A stretch of 28,587 bases of DNA from an uncultured Rickettsiales bacterium (lineage in GTDB: Bacteria > Pseudomonadota > Alphaproteobacteria > Rickettsiales > UBA1997): positions 1-28,587 of the forward strand of contig CALXRO010000023.1 of assembly GCA_944390875.1 (NCBI GenBank), in the 5' to 3' direction. Each line of letters begins with the position of its first letter. The stretch's first letter is position 1. The position numbers and the translations under genes were made by a program. The notes below the pieces were generated by a model that worked only from the letters and a program-made list of their open reading frames with translations, did not search any database and was not told the DNA's origin. Shown here one piece after another: positions 1 through 9,171 of this stretch.

Positions 1-116
1 TAATACTAATATAAATATCAAAAAATAAGTAATTTTTTTGTTGTTCATAAACAAAATTACAATAACGATATTTATAATACTTGATAATAATAAGAAAACA
101 AGTTATAGAATTATAC

Positions 117-146
117 TTGACTTATACCAATATTGTGTTGTATACT
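117..146 (+). promoter_or_regulatory. sigma70-type promoter for mgtA
   Basis: TTGACT (117-122), 18-nt spacer, TATACT (141-146); about 80 nt upstream of the mgtA ATG. Confidence 0.55.
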
Positions 147-229
147 AACTGAGCTAATAAGCATTTTATTATTTTATCAATTATAATATTCTTTATGACC
201 TAGAAACATTATATATTTTGGGGTAGATT

Positions 230-2839
230 ATGGAAAAAGAAGCAAAAAAAAGAACCGTTCTTGATATCTCAAATAAAGAACTAGTGAATTTTTCAAGGAT
301 GGATTCTACAAATTTGTTGGAAGAATTAAGAACTGATTTAAGGCGTGGTCTTAGTACTGAATATGCTGAAGATCTGCAAGATGAATATGGTTATAACGAA
401 GTGGGGAGCGATAGTGAAGATGAATGGTATGTATCATTATTAGAATCTCTTTTTAATCCTTTCAATATAGTATTAATGATCCTTGCAACGATATCACTAG
501 TAACTGGTGATGCTACTGCAGGTACTACAATAATTTTTTTAGTTATTGCTAGCAGTTTTATAAAATTCATTCAAGAAAGTAAATCAAATAAAGCTAGTGA
601 AAGATTAAAATCAATGATAAGAACAACTGCTACAACTCTTAGAGATGGTAGAAGGAAGGAAATAGACATTTCAGAATTAGTTAGAGGTGATATAGTATTT
701 TTATCAGCAGGAGATATAGTTCCTGCAGATTTAAGAATTATCGAATCTAAAGATTTATTTATAAGTCAATCTTCTCTAACTGGTGAATCAGAACCAATAG
801 AAAAATTTTCTAAATTGTCACAAAAAACATTGGATGATATGCCAAAATCACCAATAGATTTGGAAGATTTATGTTTTATGGGTACTAATATAGTTAGTGG
901 AACTGCAACAGCTGTTGTTTTATTTATAGGTAATAATACTTATTTTGGTTCAATGTCAAAACTTATAACCAAAAAGAAAGCTAAAACAAATTTTGATAAA
1001 GGATTATCTGATATAAGTGTTTTTCTTATAAAATTTGTTGTTATAATGGTTATATTAGTATTTATAATAAATGGCTATACAAAACATGATTGGTTAAATG
1101 CTTTTCTATTTGCTATATCTGTAGCGGTTGGTTTGACTCCAGAGATGCTACCTGTTATAGTTTCAGCCAATCTTGCAAAAGGTGCTGTATCAATGTCGAA
1201 GAAAAGAACAGTGGTAAAAAATATAAATTCAATACAAAATTTTGGTGCAATGGATATATTATGTTGCGACAAAACAGGAACTTTAACGGAAAATGTTGTT
1301 GTTTTACAATACCATTTGGATATCCATGGAAACGAAGATTCAAGAGTTTTAAGGCACGCTTACTTAAATAGTAATTTTCAAACTGGATTAAAAAATCTCC
1401 TTGATTTAGCAATAATAGATAAAGCAGTTGAAAATAGTTTTTATAATTTAAATTTTGAATATCAAAAAATAGATGAAATTCCTTTTGATTTTGTGAGAAG
1501 AAGAATGTCAGTAGTTCTTAAAGATAAAAAAGGTAAAATACAAATGATTACGAAAGGTGCGATAGAAGAAATGTTGAAAATTTGTAAATATGCAGAATAT
1601 AAAGGCAAAATAACAGAAATTAACGAGGAAATAAAAGATGAAATATTATCAACTATCTTAAAACTTAGTAATGAAGGTATGAGGGTTTTAGCTATAGCTC
1701 AAAAAAATGAAATAGAAGATATAAATAATATAACAGTTAATACAGAAAAGGATATGGTCCTTATGGGTTATCTAAGTTTTTTAGACCCGCCTAAACAATC
1801 TGCAAAATCAGCTGTCGAATCTTTAAAGAACGCCAATGTGAAAGTTAAAGTCCTTACAGGCGACAGTGATATAATCGCAGCTCATGTTTGTAAAAAGGTA
1901 GGATTAGACAATACAAGAGTCTTACTTGGTGGAGATATAGAAAATATGGATGATAATGCACTAAGAAAGGAGGTTGAAAAAACTGATATTTTTGCAAAAT
2001 TATCACCGCAACAAAAACTAAGAATAATAAAACATCTAAAATTAGATGGACATACAGTTGGTTTTATGGGTGATGGAATAAATGATGCTCCAGCTATGAG
2101 GGAGGCCGATGTAGCAATATCAGTTGATTCTGCTGTCGATATAGCAAAAGAGTCCGCAGATATAATTTTACTTAAAAAAGATTTAAATGTGCTAGTAGAT
2201 GGTGTAGTTGAAGGTAGAAAAATATTCTGTAATATAATAAAATATATAAAAATGACTTTAAGTTCAAATTTTGGTAATATTTTTTCAATACTTTTTGCTA
2301 GTTTATTTATACCTTTTTTACCAATGCTACCTGTACAAATTCTGGTTTTAAACATACTTTATGATTTATCACAAGTATCAATACCTTGGGATAATGTTGA
2401 TCATGATTATCTTAAAGTCCAAAAAAAGTGGTGTATATCATCAATAAAAAAATTTGTTCTGTTAGTTGGGCCAATGAGTTCGATATGTGATATAATTTTG
2501 TTTATTATAATGTATAAATTTCTGGGTTGGGATCAAGCAAAATTTAATAGTGGTTGGTTTATAGCAAGTATGGTTACTCAAACAGCTATAATACATGTAT
2601 TAAGAACTGATAAAATACCATTTATTAATAGTACTGCTTCATACAGTGTTATATTTACAACAACTTTGTCGGCACTCTTAGCTGTAATTATACCTTATAC
2701 AAAAATAGGTCCAGCGATACATTTGACTAGTTTACCTGTAAGTTATTTTAGTTGGCTTTTAGTTATCTTATTTATATACACAAGCCTAGTACAAATAATG
2801 AAGGGTTTTTATATTAAAAGTTGTGACGATTGGTTGTAA
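230..2839 (+). CDS. mgtA: Mg2+-transporting P-type ATPase (MgtA/MgtB family)
   Basis: 869 aa; TGES, PEMLP, phosphorylation motif DKTGTLT, KGAxEE, DPPK, TGD and GDGIND motifs; MgtA-type segments LNSNFQTGLKNLLDLAI and GWF...QTAIIHVLRT. Confidence 0.95.
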   Translation: MEKEAKKRTVLDISNKELVNFSRMDSTNLLEELRTDLRRGLSTEYAEDLQDEYGYNEVGSDSEDEWYVSLLESLFNPFNIVLMILATISLVTGDATAGTTIIFLVIASSFIKFIQESKSNKASERLKSMIRTTATTLRDGRRKEIDISELVRGDIVFLSAGDIVPADLRIIESKDLFISQSSLTGESEPIEKFSKLSQKTLDDMPKSPIDLEDLCFMGTNIVSGTATAVVLFIGNNTYFGSMSKLITKKKAKTNFDKGLSDISVFLIKFVVIMVILVFIINGYTKHDWLNAFLFAISVAVGLTPEMLPVIVSANLAKGAVSMSKKRTVVKNINSIQNFGAMDILCCDKTGTLTENVVVLQYHLDIHGNEDSRVLRHAYLNSNFQTGLKNLLDLAIIDKAVENSFYNLNFEYQKIDEIPFDFVRRRMSVVLKDKKGKIQMITKGAIEEMLKICKYAEYKGKITEINEEIKDEILSTILKLSNEGMRVLAIAQKNEIEDINNITVNTEKDMVLMGYLSFLDPPKQSAKSAVESLKNANVKVKVLTGDSDIIAAHVCKKVGLDNTRVLLGGDIENMDDNALRKEVEKTDIFAKLSPQQKLRIIKHLKLDGHTVGFMGDGINDAPAMREADVAISVDSAVDIAKESADIILLKKDLNVLVDGVVEGRKIFCNIIKYIKMTLSSNFGNIFSILFASLFIPFLPMLPVQILVLNILYDLSQVSIPWDNVDHDYLKVQKKWCISSIKKFVLLVGPMSSICDIILFIIMYKFLGWDQAKFNSGWFIASMVTQTAIIHVLRTDKIPFINSTASYSVIFTTTLSALLAVIIPYTKIGPAIHLTSLPVSYFSWLLVILFIYTSLVQIMKGFYIKSCDDWL

Positions 2840-2846
2840 TTATTTG

Positions 2847-4682
2847 TTATTCAACTGTTACTGACTTAGCTAAATTACGTGGCTTATCAACATCTATTTC
2901 ACGCATTGTACTTATATAATAAGCTAGAAGTTGTATTGGTATTATCATTGAAAGTAATATTTCAAAGTTATTAAATGTTTCTGGTGTTTTAATAAAAGAA
3001 AACAAATGTTGCTTTTTCTCAATTTTATCCCCAATAACAATAACCTTACCTTTTCTAGCCAAAATCTCTTCTATAGAAGAAAGATTTTTTTCATATAAAA
3101 GTTGACTATTATTCAAAGCAATAACAAATGTTTTATTATCAACTAAAGCTATTGTACCATGTTTTAATTCGCCACTTGCTATTCCGTTTGTTGGTATATA
3201 GCTAACCTCTTTTATCTTTAATGCGCATTCTAAAGCTATTGGATATAATATATTTCTACCTATACAAATTATATTTTTTGTTTTTGATAATTTTTGTGAT
3301 ACTCTTTTTATTTCATTAATTTTATCTGTTTGTAATGATTCTTTTAAAATATTTTTTGATTTTACAAAATTTTCAATTAGTTCATGATATTTATCAATTG
3401 TTATTTTATTTTTCTTTTTAGCAATCTCTATTGCTAACAAATATAATAAGGATACTTGTGCTGTAAATGCCTTTGTTGAAGCCACTCCTATTTCAGTACC
3501 AGCCATAGTTTTTAAGATAACATCTGACAAGTTTGCTATAGTACTTTGTGTTACATTCACAATTGATAATATATTTTGTTTTTTCTTTTTACAGTAATTT
3601 AATGCTGCTATAGTATCTGCTGTTTCTCCTGATTGTGAAATAAATATTGCCAAACCATTATCTGTTATAGGATTACTTCTATATCTAAATTCTGATGCTA
3701 TATCAACATTTACAAAAATACCAGTCATGTCCTCTATAAAATATTTAGCTACACAGCCTGCATGATATGAAGTACCACATGCGACAATTGTAAGAAAGTT
3801 AATTTTTGATAAATCAAATTTAAAATTAGGAAATATAATTTCATTTTTATTTATATCTATGTATTCCGATATAGTTCTCTTCAGAACATCTGGTTGTTCA
3901 TATATTTCTTTAAGCATATAATGCTCAAAATTTCCTTTATCTGTATTAAAATCATCAACTTTTATTTCCTCAATTTCTTTTTTTAACAATAACCCATCAG
4001 AACTATAAAATTCAATATTTGATTCAGTAATTATTCCAACATCATTGTCATTTGGAGTAATGATTTTATTTGTTATACCTGAAAAAGCAACTATTGATGA
4101 AGCTATGTAATTTTCATTATTACCAATACCTACTACTAAAGGAGCATTTTTTTTAGTTACAAATATTTTATCAGGATTAGACTTACATATAAGAGCTATC
4201 GAATAACTGCCATTAAGTTGTTTTACTGATTTTGAAAAAGCTTCTTTTATGTCATTATTTTTCATCAAATTATAGGATACTAGATTACATATAACTTCAG
4301 AATCAGTTTCACTAATAAATTTATATCCCTCATTCACTAAAAAGTTTCTCAAATCAATGTAATTTTCTATTATTCCATTATGAACTATTGCAATATCGTT
4401 TTTATAGGAAATATGAGGATGTGCATTTTCACAACACACTTTTCCATGTGTGGCCCATCTAGTATGGGCAATTGCTATATTTGATGATATATCACCATAT
4501 TCTATAATTTTTTTTTCAAGATTGTTAATTTTACCTATGTTTTTAATCGTTATAAAATTTTCGTTTTTAATAACTGTTATACCTGATGAATCATAACCTC
4601 TATATTCAAGCTGTTTTAACATATTTATTGTCTTTTTGGTTACATCTTCTTTTTTACTTATTATCCCAACGATTCCACACAT
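2847..4682 (-). CDS. glmS: glutamine--fructose-6-phosphate transaminase (isomerizing)
   Basis: 611 aa; N-terminal MCGIVG with catalytic Cys, LEYRGYDS, HTRWATHG, SQSGETADT, VASTKAF; C-terminal DVDKPRNLAKSVTVE. Confidence 0.98.
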   Translation of the reverse strand: MCGIVGIISKKEDVTKKTINMLKQLEYRGYDSSGITVIKNENFITIKNIGKINNLEKKIIEYGDISSNIAIAHTRWATHGKVCCENAHPHISYKNDIAIVHNGIIENYIDLRNFLVNEGYKFISETDSEVICNLVSYNLMKNNDIKEAFSKSVKQLNGSYSIALICKSNPDKIFVTKKNAPLVVGIGNNENYIASSIVAFSGITNKIITPNDNDVGIITESNIEFYSSDGLLLKKEIEEIKVDDFNTDKGNFEHYMLKEIYEQPDVLKRTISEYIDINKNEIIFPNFKFDLSKINFLTIVACGTSYHAGCVAKYFIEDMTGIFVNVDIASEFRYRSNPITDNGLAIFISQSGETADTIAALNYCKKKKQNILSIVNVTQSTIANLSDVILKTMAGTEIGVASTKAFTAQVSLLYLLAIEIAKKKNKITIDKYHELIENFVKSKNILKESLQTDKINEIKRVSQKLSKTKNIICIGRNILYPIALECALKIKEVSYIPTNGIASGELKHGTIALVDNKTFVIALNNSQLLYEKNLSSIEEILARKGKVIVIGDKIEKKQHLFSFIKTPETFNNFEILLSMIIPIQLLAYYISTMREIDVDKPRNLAKSVTVE

Positions 4683-4846
4683 ATTATTATTTTGAAATTT
4701 AATCTCATTTTTAATAAGGAGATTGTATTTTTCTTTTTAGAAAAGTAAAGAATATGTAAAAAACTACAAAGATTATTAAAGAATGAAAATATTTGTTATT
4801 ATAAATATCTTATTAATAAGAACATAATATAAATCATTACAAAATA

Positions 4847-4875
4847 TTGAATAAATTTATTTAATAAATTATATT
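4847..4875 (+). promoter_or_regulatory. putative sigma70 promoter for iscS
   Basis: TTGAAT, 17-nt spacer, TATATT; in an AT-rich background, so chance matches are likely. Confidence 0.4.
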
Positions 4876-4901
4876 AACAAATAATATTTATTATGATTTA
4901 C

Positions 4902-6117
4902 ATGGAAAAAAAAAAGAATATATTTTGATTATCAGGCAACAGCACCTATGGATAAGAGGGTACTTGATGAAATGATGCCAACAATGACAAATGAGTTTGG
5001 AAATGCTGGATCAAAATCACACATATTTGGTTGGGAAGCTGAAAAATATGTTGATAAAGCAAGACAACAAATTGCAGATGTTATAGGCGCTGATGATAAA
5101 GATATAATTTTTACTTCTGGAGCTACAGAATCAAACAATTTAGCTATAAAAGGAGTTATGCGTTTTAATAGAAATAAAATTAAAAATCATATAGTCACAG
5201 TTAAAACAGAGCATAAATGTGTTATAGAAACATGTAAATACTTACAAACAAAGGATAATTTTGAAGTTACTTTTTTAGATGTTGAACCAAATGGAATAAT
5301 TAATCTTAACAAACTAAAAGAAGCCATAACTGATAAGACTATTATGGTTTCAATAATGGGTGTAAATAATGAAATAGGAGTTATACAACCATTAAAAGAA
5401 ATAGGAGAAATTTGTAGAGAAAAAAATGTATACTTTCATACAGATTGTGCACAAGCTTTTGGTAAAATACCTTTAAATGTTGATGAAATGAACATAGATT
5501 TAATGAGTATATCTGGTCATAAAATTTATGGACCAAAAGGCATTGGCGCTTTGTATGTAAGAAGAAAACCAAGAGTTAGGATTGAAGCACAAATGCATGG
5601 TGGAGGTCAAGAGAGGGGATTAAGATCTGGTACTTTGGCTGTACCTTTTATAGTTGGTATAGGTAAAGCCGCCGAAATAGCTAAAGAGGAAATGTGGATT
5701 GATAAAGAAAGAATAAGCAAATTATCAGATAAAATGATTGACAGTATACTAAAAATAGATAAAACATACTTAAATGGTGATAGGCTTAATAGATGGCCTG
5801 GGTGTTTGAATTTTAGTTTTGCCGGAATAGAGGGTGAATCATTAATGATGGCAATAAATAATGTTGCTTTGTCTTCAGGTTCCGCTTGTTCTTCTTCTGA
5901 TTTGGAACCATCTTATGTAATAGAAGCTATAGGAACAAGTCCTGAAATGGCACATTCATCTATAAGAGTAGGAATTGGAAGATTTACAACAGAAGAAGAA
6001 GTTGACTATTTTATAAAAAGAATTCATGAAGAAGTACCAAGACTCAGAGAAATGAGTCCACTTTGGGAAATGATGGAGAATAATGTTGATTTAAGTAAGA
6101 TAAAATGGAGAGATTAA
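4902..6117 (+). CDS. iscS: cysteine desulfurase IscS; the true start appears to be ATG 4902, out of frame by one nt at the A10 run 4906-4915 (ORF track starts at internal ATG 4948)
   Basis: [10 protein letters not shown] immediately upstream of and in frame with 4948; [24 protein letters not shown]-lysine motif [22 protein letters not shown], catalytic SSGSACSS, C-terminal IKW. Confidence 0.95.
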
Positions 6118-6118
6118 A

Positions 6119-6646
6119 TTAATATTGTTCAAAATGTTTTCTATCTCTTTTTAAAAGAACAAAGATAGCGCCTGTTCCTCCGTGCTTTGCATCAGCATCT
6201 ACATATTTTATTATTTTATCAGATAAGAGTGGATGTTTGAGCCACTTTTCTATATTACCTTTTATTGTTTCTCTTCCTGGTTTTGTGTTTTTACCTTTGC
6301 CAGTTATTAGGAGTATACATCTTAAATTATTTTCATAAGCTGAAATTAATTTACGTAATAAATTATCAAATGCTTCATCTAATGTCATACCATGGAAATC
6401 AATAGTCATATCTATTTTTATTTGTCCATTTTTTAATTTTTTATCTGTGTTTCTATCTATTCCAAGTGTTTCATTTTTTGACAATGGTTTCTTATTTTGT
6501 GTCTGGTTTTCAATATCATTATAGACTTCGGTACTTTCTGTTCTTACTTTTATATTTTTATTAAAATCTATTGTTTTTCTAATTCTATTACTTTCTTTTA
6601 ATTTTTTACATTTATTAACTTCTTTTTGCCAATAATCAAAAATCAT
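6119..6646 (-). CDS. Smr/MutS2 C-terminal domain protein
   Basis: IDFHGMT, LLITGKG and HGGTGAIFVLLK Smr motifs; last gene of the alphaproteobacterial Tim44-mltA-smr block. Confidence 0.92.
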   Translation of the reverse strand: MIFDYWQKEVNKCKKLKESNRIRKTIDFNKNIKVRTESTEVYNDIENQTQNKKPLSKNETLGIDRNTDKKLKNGQIKIDMTIDFHGMTLDEAFDNLLRKLISAYENNLRCILLITGKGKNTKPGRETIKGNIEKWLKHPLLSDKIIKYVDADAKHGGTGAIFVLLKRDRKHFEQY

Positions 6647-7776
6647 AATTTTCTCGCTATTTTTTTCGGAATTAATAAAAAATACTTGCCACTTGAATGC
6701 TGAAAACTTGCGCTATCTTCTCCTTTTGAGCCAAAACCAAAAAATATGTCTCCCCTTACAGCTCCTTTTATTGCTGAACCTACATCATTAGCCAGCACAA
6801 TTTTATTAAAACTTAAATTTCTATGCTCTAAATTATGAATTGTTTCAACCCATAACAAAAAGCCTAATGGAATATATTTAATATCAATAGCCATTGTTCT
6901 TTGAGGAACAAGTTTTGTTCCAAAAGCACCTTTTATAGTATTATCTTTTATAATTTTAAAAAAAACATATGAGTCATTCATATTTAATATATCATTAACA
7001 TTTTTATTACTACTTCTAAGTACATGTTTTATTGATTTTGCATTTCTTTTTGTATCTTTATTAAGTAACCCTTTTTTTTGTACATGATCCCATAATGAAG
7101 AATATTTGTGATTATTTTTGCCATCATAACCTATGTACACAGTTTTATCTCGATCAACAACTCTAGCAATACCAGAACCTTGTATATGTAGAAAAAATAA
7201 CTCTATCGGATCATTTGTGTACATAATTTCCAAATTTCTATTACTTATAGCACCAAAATGTATTTGCTTTCTTGTATAGTATTTTTTACTTGTTAATTCA
7301 GGTGGTTTTTTATATATAGGGTATTTATATATTAAGTCTTTTTCTTTCTTTGCTTTTATTATTGGTATATAATATCCAGTAAATAATGACTTATTAGAAA
7401 TAACTTCATAAGGTATGAAAAATTTTTCAAAAAATATCTTTTTATATTTACTTTCATACGATTTTATAGTTCTTGCTATTTTACATATACCATCAATATC
7501 TTTTCTGATTATTTTTTTACTTATTTGTGGCATTATTTTTTTGTCTTCATCAAAATTTGAAAATCTATCGCATGATTCTATAAATAATTCTAAAGCAATT
7601 CCAAAATCTTCATTTTTCCAGTTTTTTAAATCAACAAAGTCTACTTTTTTAATTTTTGAACTACTATCTAATCTTATTTCGGCTTTATACTTGATCTTTG
7701 AACTTGAATATAAATTTTTGGAGCACAAAATAACATTAAATAGTACCAAAACTAGTAAGAAATATATTTTATACAT
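6643..7776 (-). CDS. mltA: murein lytic transglycosylase MltA
   Basis: LFTGYYIP, FFLHIQGSG, SYVFF, 3D-domain ANDVGSAIKG-x-RGDIFFG; hydrophobic N-terminal signal. Confidence 0.93.
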   Translation of the reverse strand: MYKIYFLLVLVLFNVILCSKNLYSSSKIKYKAEIRLDSSSKIKKVDFVDLKNWKNEDFGIALELFIESCDRFSNFDEDKKIMPQISKKIIRKDIDGICKIARTIKSYESKYKKIFFEKFFIPYEVISNKSLFTGYYIPIIKAKKEKDLIYKYPIYKKPPELTSKKYYTRKQIHFGAISNRNLEIMYTNDPIELFFLHIQGSGIARVVDRDKTVYIGYDGKNNHKYSSLWDHVQKKGLLNKDTKRNAKSIKHVLRSSNKNVNDILNMNDSYVFFKIIKDNTIKGAFGTKLVPQRTMAIDIKYIPLGFLLWVETIHNLEHRNLSFNKIVLANDVGSAIKGAVRGDIFFGFGSKGEDSASFQHSSGKYFLLIPKKIARKL

Positions 7777-8431
7777 TATTGATTGATTTTAACAACCAAA
7801 CATCATTTTCTTGATTTTTTGTTTGATCTTTAACAAATGTCCAAAGTTCTTCTACTTTAACAATTTTATCTTTAGAGCCATTAATTATCTCTCCTTGAGT
7901 ATTTTCTATATAATTTATTTGATCTGTATTAATTCTAATAGTAATTTCCTTATTTTTTTTATCAAGAATTTTTGATTCTATCTTTTTATCAGTAACTGCT
8001 ACTATAACAGATTTATATATTATATCTACACTATTTTCTATCTTTTTTTTAAATATCTGAAACAAGTCTGTAATCAGCATTTTTTCAAGCACATCCAATC
8101 TTTTTTCAGAAAAAGCATCCATTACCATTCCCACAACTTTTTCAGCAGATTTTAGAAATTTATTTTCATCAAATTCGTCTTTATCTTGCAATGTTTTTTG
8201 TTTAGATACTCTATTTATATAATTTTTATATATTTTATTAAATTCTTCTATATCTCCAAAGACTATAACTTTTTTAGAATTATTATTTGGTTCAGTATTT
8301 GTTACATTTTTTATAAAATTATTAGCTACATTATTTTGTTTTCTTTTTTCTTCATCAGAAGTAAGACCAAAATTACTAAATAACAACTTATAAACAAAAA
8401 TAACTGCTATTAACAAAATTATTATATTCAT
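7769..8431 (-). CDS. Tim44/TimA-like membrane-anchored adaptor protein
   Basis: N-terminal TM helix; FDENKFLKSA, C-terminal GSKDKIVKVEELWTF...WLLKSI typical of the Tim44 domain; synteny with mltA-smr. Confidence 0.88.
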   Translation of the reverse strand: MNIIILLIAVIFVYKLLFSNFGLTSDEEKRKQNNVANNFIKNVTNTEPNNNSKKVIVFGDIEEFNKIYKNYINRVSKQKTLQDKDEFDENKFLKSAEKVVGMVMDAFSEKRLDVLEKMLITDLFQIFKKKIENSVDIIYKSVIVAVTDKKIESKILDKKNKEITIRINTDQINYIENTQGEIINGSKDKIVKVEELWTFVKDQTKNQENDVWLLKSINNV

Positions 8432-8616
8432 ATAAAAACACCTTTGCTATTTTTTTTACTTTTTCTCTTATCTTGATTATCATCTTTATCTTTAACAATA
8501 TCATACTCTATGTCTAGACTATTAGTACTCCTTGAACGCTTATTATTTCTTAAATTTTCTATAACCTCTTTCCACGTCTCATTGTCATCTTTTTGTTTGT
8601 TTTCTTTATTTGGCAT
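8428..8616 (-). CDS. small charged hypothetical protein (62 aa from ATG 8616; track starts at TTG 8706)
   Basis: ATGA overlap with the Tim44 start suggests coupling; TTG 8706 would lie only 9 nt from the divergent rlmH start. Confidence 0.55.
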   Translation of the reverse strand: MPNKENKQKDDNETWKEVIENLRNNKRSRSTNSLDIEYDIVKDKDDNQDKRKSKKNSKGVFI

Positions 8617-8715
8617 AATCCTTACCTTTAAAATTGTCAAAATATTGATATTTCTCAATGAGAGAATAAACTGGCATAATATTAGTATTATTAATTTAAA
8701 AATCAAAGATTAATT

Positions 8716-9171
8716 ATGAAAATTAATATAATATCTTTTGGTGTGTTTAAAAAATTGGATCCATATCTAAATTTATTTGAAGAATATAAAAAAAGAATTA
8801 ATTTTAATATAAATTTAATAGAAATAAAACCGCACTCAAATTATAAAAACATTGAAGAACAAAAAGAATATGAAGGTTTTGAAATATTAAAGAAATTAAA
8901 TAAAGGTAATAAGATCATAGTACTTGATGAGCATGGTAAAATTATAACAACGAATGAATTTGTAAATATTATTAATAAATATTCAATTAATAGCGATATT
9001 GATTTTATAATAGGAGGGGCTAATGGCTTACCAAACTTTATAATAAAACAAGCTGATTTTGTTTTATCATTTGGTAAAATGGTCTATCCACATTTAATGG
9101 TTAGAGTTATGCTAATAGAGCAGCTATATAGAGTGCACACAATAAATAATAACCATCCTTATCATAAGTAA
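8716..9171 (+). CDS. rlmH: 23S rRNA (pseudouridine1915-N3)-methyltransferase
   Basis: 151 aa; LDEHGK, FIIGGANG, LSFGKMVYPHLMVRVMLIEQLYR, C-terminal HPYHK. Confidence 0.96.
   Translation: MKINIISFGVFKKLDPYLNLFEEYKKRINFNINLIEIKPHSNYKNIEEQKEYEGFEILKKLNKGNKIIVLDEHGKIITTNEFVNIINKYSINSDIDFIIGGANGLPNFIIKQADFVLSFGKMVYPHLMVRVMLIEQLYRVHTINNNHPYHK

Noticed and set aside
30-70. Possible PhoP box (TAAACA at 48-53) upstream of mgtA
   Set aside because: No second half-site at 11-bp periodicity
1075-2355. Short alternative-frame and antisense ORFs within mgtA (1075-1272, 1090-1371, 1155-1412, 1882-2355)
   Set aside because: Fully inside a well-supported CDS, with no motifs; typical shadow ORFs
4683-4800. 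glmS ribozyme upstream of glmS
   Set aside because: Region is nearly all A/T and lacks the conserved AGCGC/GACGAGG core; only a weak AATCTC/GAGATT hairpin is present
4932-5572. Antisense ORFs 4932-5138 and 5381-5572
   Set aside because: Shadows of iscS
7415-8713. Plus-strand ORFs 7415-7786, 8186-8383 and 8510-8713
   Set aside because: Antisense to mltA, Tim44 and the small ORF; Phe/Ile/Leu-rich complement of A-rich codons
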